DNA of 64,000 bases from Entomortierella parvispora E1425. Its lineage: Eukaryota > Fungi > Mortierellomycota. Shown in pieces: positions 37,411 to 50,156 of this stretch. The stretch's first letter is position 1; the number at the start of each line of letters is the position of its first letter. The DNA lies in contig BQFW01000006.1 in the NCBI GenBank assembly GCA_020891255.1, positions 930,001-994,000 on the forward strand, in the 5' to 3' direction. The notes under the pieces were generated by a model. That model was not told the DNA's origin. It searched no databases and worked only from the letters and a program-made list of their open reading frames with translations. The translations under genes and the position numbers were made by a program.

Positions 37411-37933
37411 AGTGGTTTTGCAGGCAGAAAGACGGTTGAGAGTGGGAAGAGATCTGGACAAAGAGGGTGGGGGGGTAGGGAGAAAAGTGGAAAAAAAAGG
37501 AGCAAGTAATGGAGAGAAGAAGAAAAGGAAGAGCTGGAAATGGATCCTCAATTTCAGGACAGGACGTTGTACCCACAACTAGGAGGTGAGCAATGGGGAG
37601 CCCAAATGGCTCGGCTTGCAGAAGGTGACCAAACAATGGCTCGGAAAAGAAAGGCAATGAAACACAGAGAGTGGGCCGGACCAACCGCGTGCTAGCTGAG
37701 TGCCTGCCAGCTGGATTTCACAAGCCGGTTCCTGTATCCCCTGGATTGGCTTGGTTTTTGTCAACTTGACATACTGGACGCGAGGAACTGTCCCAACTTT
37801 TGCAACTTTTGGACGATGGTCTCACGCCCCTGTTCCTTCGGAATGCTCTCTCTGCTCCAACGACCGAGAAATTCTTGTGGAACAAACAAATGCGATGCTC
37901 GGATGCCGACTGCCTGCGTGAACAGACATAAAT

Positions 37934-37945
37934 GATCACGTGATC
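37934..37945. promoter_or_regulatory. Perfect 12-bp palindrome GATCACGTGATC (extended E-box) in the divergent MpaB-like/CAP2 promoter
   Basis: The sequence is seen directly. TCACGTGA is a bHLH-ZIP type site; function is inferred. Confidence 0.4.
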
Positions 37946-38106
37946 GTGACGTTCGCTGTGACCAGTGCCTCGGCCTGGCCAACGGCCACTGGCGGGTATT
38001 CGCCATTCACCACCACCACTACCACCACCACCAGCGCGTCCCCTCCATCATCTACATCCCCGCCTCCATCTTTCATTCCACCCTCAATAGCTCATTCAAA
38101 GCAACC

Positions 38107-39336
38107 ATGGTGAGTGAGCTACAACCTGCAGGAATGAATTAATGAGCAAAGGCATGCCCATGGACCTTTGTCATGCTCACTCACTCCCATGTGCTTCTTT
38201 ATGTAGGCAGACCAACTGGATTGTGCCCTTGACCTGATGCGTCGTCTGCCTCCTCAGAACACAGAGGAGAACCTGGCTTCGCTTGTCACTCTCCTGCCCG
38301 ATTTGACTGAGGACCTGTTAAACTCGATTGACCAGCCTCTCAAGGTGCAGACCTGTGAAAAAACGGGCAAGGAGTATCTCCTTTGTGAATACAACCGCGA
38401 CAGCAACTCATATAGGTATGCATGTGCTGACAGGAAAGCAGGAGACAGGGAGGGACAGGGACAGGACGGGACTGAACTGGACCACGCATTGAGATTTGGC
38501 AAAGTGTGTTTTTGTAGCTGATAACTGAGTTCACTCTCTCAAAAACGATAGATCACCCTGGTCCAACGAATTCAGCCCACCCTTGTCAGATGCAACATAC
38601 CCTTCCTCGAAGCTTCGCAAGCTCGAGATCACAGCCAACGAGGCCTTTGATACCTACCGAGAGCTCTACTTTGAGGGCGGAGTGTCTTCTGTTTACTTCT
38701 GGGACATGGATGTAGGCTTTGCTGGAGTTATTTTAATCAAGAAGGGTAGGTGGCTTCAAGATTCAGGATACTATTAACCACTGAATATCCAGGGATTGAC
38801 GACTAAAGCGGCGCTCGTTCCTTTTTTAGTTGGCGATGGTACTCGCAGAATGAAGGGCGCCTGGGATTCCGTTCACGTCTTTGAAGCCCAGGAGCGAGGC
38901 CGTAATGCAACTTACAAGTTGACTTCGACTGTCATGCTTTACATGGTTACCAACAAGCCTGAGCTTGGCCATTTGAACTTGTCAGGCAGCATGACCAGAC
39001 AGGTAGTGTTTCGGCACTCGATCGAATCGAAGGCACTATACCGAATATTGTTCATATAACTGACCCGTGGTTTTTTTTTTTTTTTTTTTTTTTTTTGCAA
39101 TGGTATAGGCCGAGCAAGAATTTGTGGTGGATGACCCAGCAATGCATATTGCCAACATTGGACACATGGTGGAGGACATGGAGATCAAAATGCGACACTT
39201 GTTGAGGGACGTCTACTTTGGAAAGACCAAGGACACCGTCAATGACCTCCGTTCCATCGAATCTCTCGCAGAGACGAGGAAGCAGCAAGAGATTCAAAAG
39301 GAGATTATGGCGAAATTGCAGGAAAGACAGCGCTAA
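38107..39336 (+). CDS. CAP2: F-actin capping protein beta subunit; first coding exon is ATG only
   Basis: Segments [83 protein letters not shown] and [13 protein letters not shown]. Confidence 0.97.
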
Positions 39337-39824
39337 CAGAGTCGTCCCTGCAAGCTTTCGTGCTGTGGGATTGTCCTCCAAGCACCGTTCTAGCATGCAT
39401 CATAAGTAGAGGGAATAAAGCTACATGTTTTTACAAGTTTCATGGATCGCATTACATGAGGTCTCGACCATTGCCGTACATTTTTGAAGACTGTCGAATG
39501 AGCGGCGCATGCTCCCCAGAATTGGTTCAACAGACCATGGAAGAGATAATTTAGTGGTGTGGCAAAGCAGCGAAATCAGGCGTACTATAAATCCTACTTC
39601 AACATACGCTGCATTCCTGCCTCTCCACTCTCAAGCACTCTTTCCCCATATCATACCTCTCTACCTCTCCATCACCCGAGCAAGCTCCATCCTCCAAGCA
39701 ACCCCATCTCCCAAGCAACCCATACGCAAGGTATGTATTCTCAATAGGATCGACGTCCATTAGGTTCATCACCGCCAACATCCGTTCCTTTCTCGCCTCC
39801 TCCCCCTGTAGGCTTATTGCCATC

Positions 39825-40019
39825 ATGCCAGGCCCAGCTAGACGTTATCCAAGTGCTCATCCAGGTCGATTCCAGCCAGTCCCAGTAGTCCAAATCGCAC
39901 TCCCAGGTGGTCAAGCGGCCCCAGCTCCAGGTGCAGTTGTCCCCGCTCCGGGAGGAGTCGTCCCTGCTCCAGGTCAAAACGCTCCTCAGGAAGAGCTTGC
40001 CCTCTTTCTGGAACCTTAA
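39825..40019 (+). CDS. Putative 64-aa Pro/Gly/Ala-rich microprotein (PAPG repeats)
   Basis: The ATG is preceded by a canonical 81-nt intron (39731 GTATGT ... CCCCCTGTAG 39811) and a CT-rich leader. The context is GCCATCATGC. Confidence 0.4.
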   Translation: MPGPARRYPSAHPGRFQPVPVVQIALPGGQAAPAPGAVVPAPGGVVPAPGQNAPQEELALFLEP

Positions 40020-41331
40020 AGTGGATGGCAAGACAAAGCCCGTCAGCAAGTCAACGGCCAGTCTCCTCCCGTTTGTCGGCAACTATGATCACGTCAAGTT
40101 CCAGCTCGGTGGTTCCTCTGTCAACCCGCCTCTTTCCTGTATCCTTGGAACAACAGCTTCAGCCCCCACTCGTTCTTCTTCCTTTCAAGTTCCTGCTTCC
40201 TGTCTCCATACCTGGCCGTTCTCTCAAGGGCGTTCGGGGTTTTTGAAGAGAGTATGTTAATACGTCCGGTCCATCAAGAATCTTCAGGGGAGTGCTGATC
40301 GATTGTCCACTTGTCGCGCAAGACCCTGGCCGTCCCTGAATGAACCATGCACCTCGGCACTTATCAGGGAACGCCGCTTCGCCAAGCCCTGGTCAAACGT
40401 CAACGGTCGCCCCTGCTTTAAGATCAAGCGACCAGTGTCCTGGCTGTCTACTAGTCAAAAGACACCGGTTGCCATTTGTCCATTGCCTTTCAAAGATGAT
40501 TCCATGGCCATTAGAGATCATCATCTCAGCAATAAATCTGTGCTCATCTGATCTGATCACATAATTCACGTAATGTTAGACAGAACTTAAGTCAGGGCGA
40601 AGCTTGGCGAAGCGTTTTGGAATTCGTTGCAGGGGCTGTGCCGCACCCGATATTTCTCTGTTTTTTGGTGCCATTTCCTTCTTTCTTCCTCTTGCCTTCA
40701 GTTATGGGTTCTTTGGGTGGGCTTCCTCTCACCACTGCTGGCTGTTCATGCCGCTGATAACAGCCGATAGAGGATGGTCACAGCCATTCGGAAAGACAAG
40801 ATAGGCAGATATATATCAATACATACAGATGCCGATAGATGGATGGATACTGCGGATGGCTGGTTGGCAAGGGCAATGATGGAATAAGAGAAGGAACATC
40901 CAAAAGTCCTTGCCTTGGCAAAAGTCGGAAGGAGCGGAAGATGATGCTGGTCACTGGACCATGCAGAGATGCGCCGCACTTCAATCACAAGGATCATCCT
41001 CAGCAGTCACAAATGCCGCGTTGGGCGCAGCTCTCTCCAGAGGTAGCAAGGCACCCACGCGTCTGGTAGTGCGTTTTCGTGCCGGGCCAGGGACTGAGCC
41101 ATAGAGCCATAGGGGATACTCGATGGGGCGTATCTCGATGACCCGAGTCACTGAATTCTGATTCTTGTGATGTCCTGTCCCAGGTTCATTCCCAATGGAG
41201 CTGAGATGCAACGCCAGGTAATGTCAATTTGCGTCCTTGCTCTCTCATTCCCTCATCCTACCCAGGTGCATTCATCGACAATTGTCCAACCACAAATAGA
41301 GGACACACACCCCCATGCCCCAGCTTACCGC

Positions 41332-44300
41332 ATGTCTCACAAACTTGTATCCAGCGATCTGCACTCCTCTCAAGACGAATCTGCACAACATGGAGCTTCA
41401 GAGGGTATAGCTCTATCTACCAGTGAGCGACGGGCCAGCAGTCCATTCTGCTTGACGGGATCCAAGCCAGCTCACCTTGGACTTTCTCCAGGGGGTACTC
41501 CTCACCGAGGTCTGGCTCCCTCATTATGCTTTACACTTTTGGACGAGGGGACCAGTCAGAACCGAGATGGCTATAGGAAGGAGGACAGGGATAGTGACGA
41601 TATCAAGGACAAGCCAACGGGTGTCAGAGGCAGGACCATGTCTCACCCAAACTCGCTGTTCGAGGGTCGAGCCAGTGGGCAAAAGGAAAGAAGCACAGGG
41701 TCCTCAGGCTTTCTGCAGCCCATGAGCGCAATGCAGCCTCTCTCTGGATCCTCTCCAAGAGCTCGATCCGTCCGCTCCTTTTCCACCTCTACCTCTGTTT
41801 TGCCTAAAGACATGCTTTCACTTCCTTTGTCAGTTACACGTTCGAAAAGGAGATCAAGTGTGGGTGGGCAGGGGCCAAAGTCAAGCGGCGAGCGTTCGGA
41901 TACAGAACAACCTGGGTATGAAATAGTACGAAAAGGAACAAAACAAAAACAGCAAAGAGTACTATGAACTAATGCCTCATTCTTCATATTTTAGTTTTTT
42001 TAATCTTGGAGAGTTTGACAACCTAACGAGGAACGACTCGAACAGCTCAGATAGCTCAGATAGCTCCCAGTCAGATTCATCTAACGCACCATCTGGGCCA
42101 TCACCATCTCGCTCGCTCTCGGCAGAGTCTATGGGCAGCTCCAACTCTGTTCCTTTCGAGCCACCACCACCACCGCCTCCTTCGCTTTGCAAAGAATTTA
42201 CAGGACATTTTTCAAAGCGAGTGATCAAGCGCCATCTCAAGTTCATGCTCGCCCTTTATCTGTCTTCTGCGTTAACACTCATCCGCCCCGTGGCCATCTA
42301 CTTGGGACCTACGCCTTTCCTCGCCAATATCACGGTCGTGTTCATGCATCCTGCGCGGACAGTTGGATCGCAACTGGAAGTCACTGTCTTTAGTGTGGTC
42401 GGAGCCTTGCTGGCCACAGCCTCGATTCTGCTCTGTCAATTAGCGACTGCATCTTACAATCAGAAGCATGGCCTCGATGGAAGTTCGGCCGTTTGGGCGA
42501 TCGAGGCAGCATGGTTTTTTATTGGAATCTGGATCATGACGACGCTCAAGGCTCGTTACGCCAAGCTGAGCTGTACATTCTTGATCTTTACTATCGCACA
42601 CATCTTTGCTCATAGCAAGATGCACAAGGTCATGTATTTCAACATTCACGCCTACCTGACCTTGATTGGCCCTATGATGGCCGGTGTTGGGATCTGTCTG
42701 CTGGTCAGTATCTTCTGCTGGCCAGAGACGGCAAGCGAAGGATTAGGGTAAGTTGTACCGTCCCCAAGGGCTTTTAGAGGTGGCAAACTTGAAGGAGAAG
42801 AAAACGGACAAAATCAAGAGAGAAAAAAAATACTTATTTGTTTCTTCCTTCACTTCATAGACGAGCCCTAAACGAATCTCTGGATACATCCAGGACACTG
42901 TTGGATCTTAGTACTCGATCGTTCCTACTCCATCATAAAACGATAGCCTTACCAAAGTCTGTACTGGAAAACGCACAGGATGAGGTGAAGAAGGCGCAAA
43001 AGAAGCTCTATAGCGCCTATCGGGAAGCTCGATATGAGGTGACATTCTCAAGAACAGATCCTGCAGACTACAAGGAAGTCAGGGTAGTAGTGTCCGCTCT
43101 GATGCGACATTTAGGATCGATGAGTTTGGTGGTTCAGAACGAACGGCTGTTGATGTTGGGACATCCTGACCGCGATGACGACGATTTGTTGAGTGGAGAG
43201 ACACCTGACTCTGAAAGCAATGGCAGCGACAGTGACAGCGACAGCGACTCTGATAACCCAGTTGTGAATCAGGACACACAGTCACTCAAGGACGAATCTC
43301 ATCATCCGCTGCATCGTCCGCGCTCTAGGAGATCCCTGGATGAGCGAGGCACGTCTGATGCTGACGAATATTGCCGAAGACGAGGAAGTGCTGATGAGGT
43401 TCGACGTGTCCGCCAGCTCCTCCTTCGAGCCCAAAATTCAACAGACTTCATAATTCAGGCTCGGCTCTTTCAACAAGAAAAAAACAAAAGCTCGCCCCCT
43501 TCCATGGACGATTCCCAAACACGCCTTTCATCGATCAGTCGCACTGGAGAAAATAGCATCAGCAGTCGGCGCGAGTCTGGACGGAAGAAAAGACGGTCTG
43601 CCTTTGAAAGGCCTTACTCATCAGCTACAGCGTCCGTCGTGAGCTCTCGACACTCCTTGAAGGGCAGCCCGAAGGGATTAGACGCTAAGGCAGGGGATTC
43701 TTCTCAGCCTGTTGGTACCAGAGCACTTTCGCTTGATTCGAATAATCTCTCTGGTCCAAACACGGATCAGGATTCCTCGTTTCGCTACGATAACCCCAAC
43801 ATTGGGCAAAGCATCGAAGGTGGTTTGACAAAACACCAGATCAGGGAAGCGGCCGAAAAATTCAAGGAAGAAAAAAAGAAGCAAAAACTACAGGAAAAAA
43901 AGCAGGCGGCGGCGGAGAAAAAAAGATTGGCGAAGAAGGAGGACGAGGAGGCGATGGCTCGAGCGATGCCACCCAAGGAGGTTGCATTCGGTGACAGAAG
44001 GCTGTTCATGTCTTTCCTCGACATTGTCCGTGACCCTTTGCAGCGCTTGAGTGATTCGTGCTCCAGAGTCATTGTATCCATGGAGAAGGAGATTGTGGAG
44101 GGCCTGAACGTGGAGCAGGATCGTTTGGAAAGGATAAGAAGGCGAAACGCTCAGCGAGAGGATATTATCCGAAAGGCAGAGGCGGCAAAGGAGATGGCTG
44201 GCCGAAATAATGGACAACCCACAATCCCCTTGAATGCCACAGGTCTCGCTTCATCTGGCACAGAGACGATCCCTGCAGTGAGTGGGGACATCCCTTCAGG

Positions 44301-47300
44301 TCCCAGAAACTTGAAGGCAGCCGAGTCATGGGCAAAAGTTCGGACACTCGTGAAAATCAAACAGCGAACGCTAACCCAAGAGGAGTTGGACTACGCGGAT
44401 GCGATTCGAGGAAATTCAGATCGATGGAGGAAAGAAAGGGTATCTGAGAATAGGGACGAGAACGCGGGCGGCCCCCTCCAACAAAGCTTACGACGAAGAT
44501 TGAGTTGGATCGGGAGGCGACAGGAGCCCATGGACAATGAGGATCAGTACACTATCCCAGAACACGTCTCGTCCGTGAAATACCTCACTGATGAGCTCGA
44601 GAGATTTGACCGGGCGGAAGCGGATGGGTTACGGGTCTTTATCGCCAACCATCCTACACTAGATGTGGGTCCTAGGGAAGAGATCTTCTTGATCTTCTTT
44701 TTCATGTTTGCACTTCGAGAAATTGCCCGGGAGCTACTCCATCTCAGCAAGCACGTCGAAGAACTTCATGAGCGACAAAAGAAACAAATGGAGAAGGAGG
44801 GGAGAAAGAGTCTTCGCAAGAAATTATGGTGGCCCAAAGTCGTTGGAAACTTTTGGCGATGGTTTTCATGGGGCAGTTACTCGCAGGCGAGAAACAGTGA
44901 AGGCTACTCTGGCATGATCATGAATCAGAAAAAGAACTTGGAAAGGAGTGAGACACGTCTGGTGGAAGATGAACGAGTTCGAGTGGAAGCTAAAGCGGCC
45001 AAGTTATCAGCTGCTAAGGCGAAAGAGGAGGAAGATGCTCATCTAGCCACTGAAGCTTCTACGACGGAAAGGGCTAGGCAAACATCCCTATTTTTCCGAC
45101 CACGACGATCAATGACCATCTCCTCATTGTTTCCAGCACGACGTGATTCGAACGACCTCGAGCATGGATTAAGGCCACCACCTCAAAGAGAACAACCAAT
45201 CGCTGAACCGTTGCCCATCAGCAAACGTCGGCGCTCCAAAACATTCATGCCAGAACATATCCATCAAGATCCTGCAATCGTGCTCTCTGATCATCATAAC
45301 TCTAGCATTCGGTCGCCGAAACATTACGGAGAACAGCACAGCTCCCATCCTAATCCGGGGATCATCAGGGACAGGCGACTTACTGTTGTGGATATCCCTG
45401 AATTTGGAGCTTCAGCGCGAAAAAAGCATGATAGCCCACCCAACATTACAACTGTAAAGGCAACAACTCGGCCTAGAGACAATCTGGTGCCCTTGCTTCG
45501 GCTACCAACAACAGACGACGTTGACGATGCAGATGATAGCGAAAGTGATGACTCTATATCAAACAAAGCTGGACCCCGATCAGGTAAATCTCGTGGCGCT
45601 TTCTCCTCTGGGCAACTCCGTTCTGCCCATCTTTCAGATAAAACGCCACTAACTGGGAAACAAGAGTCCAGGCTGAAGCAACAACAAGCCCCATCAACTC
45701 AACCACTTGTTTTTGGATCCCAGAAACCAAAAACCTTAAGATACAAGATCTGGGAGGCAATGCAGCCGTTCAAGTCGGACGAACTCAAGTACGGCTTTAA
45801 AATGGCCCTTGCACTCACATTTATTGGTTTGTGGGCATGGCTTGAATGGAACAGTGCGGTTCTTGCGACTGATCGTGGGCAATGGGCCATGATGACTGTC
45901 ATGGCCGTTTTATCGCCGACAATCGGGGCCACATTTAGGGTGTGCGCGATTCGTATCGCGGGCACTCTTGTTGGCGTCGGTTGGGCTATGCTCACGTACT
46001 TGGCTTACCCCCAGAACCCGTATGTCATTTGTGCCATGATGATTTTCATCAGTAAGTATTGCCTCTACATCTCCCTTGCACAGTTATCTCTGGCGTAAGT
46101 TATCGATGTACTTATATTTTACCTTGACTTTTAACTTAGCTTTCGCGGTAGCTTTCTTTATTCTGGAATCAAAGCACCCAGTCATGGGCGTCATCATGAT
46201 GCTCTCTTACTCATCCGTTACGTTCGGCGTGTATCACGGTACAATGGACACCATGCTTCAAGTGAGCTACAAGCGAACCATTACTGTTACCCTTGGGATT
46301 TTAATCTCAGTCGTCCTGAATACCTTTTTGTGGCCCGTGCTCGCGCGAAGAGAATTGCGAAAGGAGATTGCCCTTTTGATTGGGAGACAAGGAGTTTTGT
46401 TTGCTGAGCTTGTAAACAAGTTTCTCTTGGAAGTGCCTGATCGTCGGATCCCACCAAAGTCTATAAGCGCTTCGCCGGTACCCAAGCAAGATGTGGCACA
46501 TGGGAAGCATGGCTTGCGTCTAACCGTGCCTGGGACCGCGGATGTAGATGGCCCAGTCGAGAACAATTCCACCCAAGGATCCCTTTCAGGGTCAGCGCCG
46601 CAATCGAAAGAAGGATCAAGTGGGGCGTCATCCCTCCTCACCACTGGAAGTGGAAGGAAGGTTCCAAGAAAGCAGTACATTCCTTCGTTGCCATCTCAAG
46701 ATGAGAGTCAAGCGCAGGATTCTCGGACGAGTGAAGAAGACGATGACGATGACAGAAGCGAAAGAGACAGACATCCCTTGGACCCGGACCAACTAGCATT
46801 CCAGCATGTGGAACACCAACTTCAGACTAGACTCATCAAGATTGGTGAGTTGCTTGAGCTTTCTGCATCCGAGCCGCGTCTTAAGGAAGATTTCCCGATG
46901 AAGCTCTACAAGCAGATTGTTCAATGTTGTCAAAACATCTTGGACAGGATGATCTCCATGCGAATGGCTGCTCAGTTGCTTTCGCCCGAGGTCCGAGAGC
47001 TTGTCACCGGTCCAATGAATTACTATCGGCGAGACATGGTAATTGATTGTTTTTTTTAGATCGATCTGTGCCATATGAGGATGAAGACTGACTGACTGAC
47101 ATTGATTGGGGTTCTCTGTTAGGTTGGCGCGCTCTTGCTCTACTTTAGCGTGCTGTCGTCGTCATTGGCATCCAAGACACCGCTCCCGCCGTATTTACCC
47201 TCAGCAAGGATGGCTAGACTTCGAGTCATCTATAATGTTCACGAAGCCATCACGGCTCACCAGGCCAAATCAGGAGAGGATCATTACACCTACATTTATT

Positions 47301-48413
47301 ACTATGCCTTTTCGTCGGCCTTGGAAGAAGTCATTGAAGAACTTGGTAAGTCGTGTGTGTCTCTGAAGTGTTGCTCCAGATTCTCTTTAGGCGAATGGTA
47401 TTGACTCTTGAGCCTGCTATATCTCTTTAGAGCTTTTGGCCATTCTCATAAAGCCGCTGGTCGGCATAACGTTCCTCACTTCCAAGGACATACTTGTATG
47501 TGGAGATCAATTGAGCCTAAGATCGGCCATTGGATCTGTAGAGATTGGCGTAGGACCTTCGGAGCCGTATCATGAGGAGAAAGTAGTGTCTCCAAACTTA
47601 GTTTCAAGAGTCCCCCAAACGGGCATGAATCTTGAATTGGGTTACAGCATCGTGCGTGATCCAGGCGTCGGCCCTCTTGACCACCCAATGTCACCTCAAG
47701 AAATCACAGAACAACAGCTGATGGAGCAGCAGATCAATCTTCAGAACCAGCAACAGCAGCAACTCCAGAATCAGCACCCATTGACGTGTAATATTGACCG
47801 CCCAAGTCTTGCACAAGAGTATGCTCCAGAAGAGGGTGGTAGTCCCTTGGCTTCACATTTGGTGGACATACGATTGGAAGGTCTTCGAATCGTGACAGAT
47901 CCATTCGATCCCCTCCAAACTGGAGCTCAGACAGGATCGCCTCTCTCTACAGCCTCCAACTCTGTGGCGGCGGCGGCGGCATTAATCGGGTCTCCTACAG
48001 GTCCAATCTTGACTAGCCCTTCAACCGCGTCTCCGATCCTTATCATGGATCAGCGCGTACTGGGAAGCCGTCACGCGCAAAGATACAAAGATGCGCTCCA
48101 GTTGGCTCAGGTAGCAAGTGGCGAGGATGATATGGTCCTTCCACCACCCTTCGTCGATGCGCTGGCTACAACAGGAAGAGAAAATACCGTCACTGCCTCT
48201 AGGGCAGGGGCCTCACAGGATTCAACTCCGGCAGTCGGATCCGTTCTATCGCCTACATTGTCCTTGAAGAAACGATTGATACAAAGGCTAGCTCCTTCTT
48301 CGCCTTTGAGAAAGCGTCCTCCATTGTCTCCTCCAACCGAGCAACACCTCGGCATTTCTGCATGTCCTCCTTTGGCCGAGGATATGGACGACGAGAAGGA
48401 GGAGAAGAGGTGA
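41332..48413 (+). CDS. Large FUSC/ALMT-like (ArAE_2, YGL140C/Bre4-type) membrane protein, multi-exon; start uncertain
   Basis: The N-terminal TM block includes HLKFMLALYLSSAL, MHPARTVGSQLE and IFCWPETAS. The second TM block includes KYGFKMALAL, GQWAMMTVMAVLSPTIGAT, RIAGTLVG and LWPVLARRELRK. The C-terminal region has EPRLKEDFPMKLY, NYYRRDMV and SKTPLPPYLPSARMARLR. Long disordered inserts separate the blocks. Confidence 0.82.
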
Positions 48414-48809
48414 TAATGTTGATATTAAACGTGAGGCACGAATAAAAAAAACCCCTGATTCGGTCAAGAGTTTACATTTCAGGCAAGGACAGAAATGAAA
48501 CATTGCATTGTGTGTCAACCCGCGTTTCACTGCGAGCAAGGATGTCGTGCGACCCCAACTGATTTTCATGAACAACAGGCCCTGCAGCGCCGCCTTTGGT
48601 GCTCATTGGGCGCAGGGAAAGTAAAGAGGGTTCCACAAAGGAGCGTTGTGGGAGCATCACGCGCACATCGTTTTAAAAACAACGGTTTGTTTATTTCTCA
48701 TGATCAGGACGGTGTGGTCGTACCAAGGGTAATGAGGAAAAAAAGAGGGCGGGAAGCAAGGAAAGTGGTCGAATGGAGAGGGCAAAGTGGCCATCCATTC
48801 TTGGAGTTG

Positions 48810-49577
48810 TCATCTCCCGAAAGTCCAGCTGTCGAGGAGCAAGGTCCCATGTTCCAATTCATAGCCGTGATGAAGGGATTGATCTTCGTCCTCTTCCTGT
48901 TCCTCCTCGTCCTCATGGTTATCTTCTTTGTCTTCAATGTCCGTTTCATCATCGCTGTAAAGCAAGAAATCCTCACCGCCCTGGAAACCAGTGTTGGGGA
49001 GGGGCCACGTACTTTCACCATTATGGTCTACGAGATCTTGGACTTGATCGATAGCAGACATGTCTTCGTCGTCATCGGGATCATCGTTGTCTTGGATAGG
49101 GTCGTCCTGAATGCGGATATCCGTAAAGAGTCCACAGAGACAGTTCTTGAGGCTATTTGCAATAAACCACTGACCCGTGTTGCGCGACACCATAGGGAGA
49201 GTGGGGATATGGAGAGGAGGAGGATGAGGAGGATGGACAGGGGAGGGAGTAACAGGCACCTGTGCCTGTTGGGCTGCGATGTCACTGGAGATTCCCAGAA
49301 TCCTGTAGGCGGTCATCGTCGGTTCAAAAGAGTGGAGAAGGGTATTTTTGGTGTCCTGTTGAAGGATAGTCGAAGTTTTGTCTTGGCGCTGAAGAGCAGA
49401 AAGAGTGAAGAGAATGGCACCCTTTTTATATTTTGATCCAGAAGAGAACTCTGCGCGACTGTTCATGCATGGAAGCATTCTTGCCACGGCTTTTTGTGGA
49501 TAAGCAAACCACATCAGACATTCTCGGTCCCACAATTCGGAACAGTGTGAGGGATCGTTTGGATGAACCCTGGTCAC
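48810..49577 (-). CDS. Hypothetical acidic protein (start possibly at ATG 49316)
   Basis: The ORF has a strongly D/E-rich C-terminal half (DDETDIEDKEDNHEDEEEQEEDED). No family recognised. Confidence 0.5.
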   Translation of the reverse strand: MTRVHPNDPSHCSELWDRECLMWFAYPQKAVARMLPCMNSRAEFSSGSKYKKGAILFTLSALQRQDKTSTILQQDTKNTLLHSFEPTMTAYRILGISSDIAAQQAQVPVTPSPVHPPHPPPLHIPTLPMVSRNTGQWFIANSLKNCLCGLFTDIRIQDDPIQDNDDPDDDEDMSAIDQVQDLVDHNGESTWPLPNTGFQGGEDFLLYSDDETDIEDKEDNHEDEEEQEEDEDQSLHHGYELEHGTLLLDSWTFGR

Positions 49578-49714
49578 TGGGCTGAGGTGAAGAAAGAAAA
49601 ATGTTCACAGCGAGGTCATCTTGCGAGCGTCATTGTAACGATGAGCTTTTTTTCTTTTCTAGTTTTCTTTTCTTGTCTACAAGTCGTGTCCGCCGGTTTC
49701 GTCCGTTATGGCAC

Positions 49715-49746
49715 TGTCAAAGACCTTTGACATAAGACCTTTGACA
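49715..49746. promoter_or_regulatory. Inverted repeat TGTCAAAG-AC-CTTTGACA overlapping a 13-bp direct repeat (AAGACCTTTGACA x2)
   Basis: Seen directly in the intergenic region upstream of the 48810-49577 ORF. Function is inferred. Confidence 0.4.
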
Positions 49747-50156
49747 CTTCCGCGTCCTTCCCGTGTCATAGGGCCACGTCTCGAACTCTGTGGCAAGGGG
49801 ATCGACTTTGGACACAAACAAAGGAGAATGCAGTCATCGTCGCGTTTTGATCCTTCAACATCGATTGGCCTGTGAACTGGAGATCCGCATGTGATATGGC
49901 CGCAGTCTGCTCTGTACCATGCTCGTTCTCCAAACTGAAGACCGTGCTTTTGGCACTCGTCACAAGCAACGGTGACAATGGTTGTACATCAAAAGTTTTT
50001 ACCGTTCCATGACCGTAAAGTGCAATTGTGGAACACGGCGGCCTCCGATTACATTCATACCGAGATTGAGTAGAATCTCCTTCCCTCTCTTACGTGTCGC
50101 AATAGGCAAAGTAACGATAGCTGCTTCAGTTTTATTTTATCATTTTGGGCGCGTGG

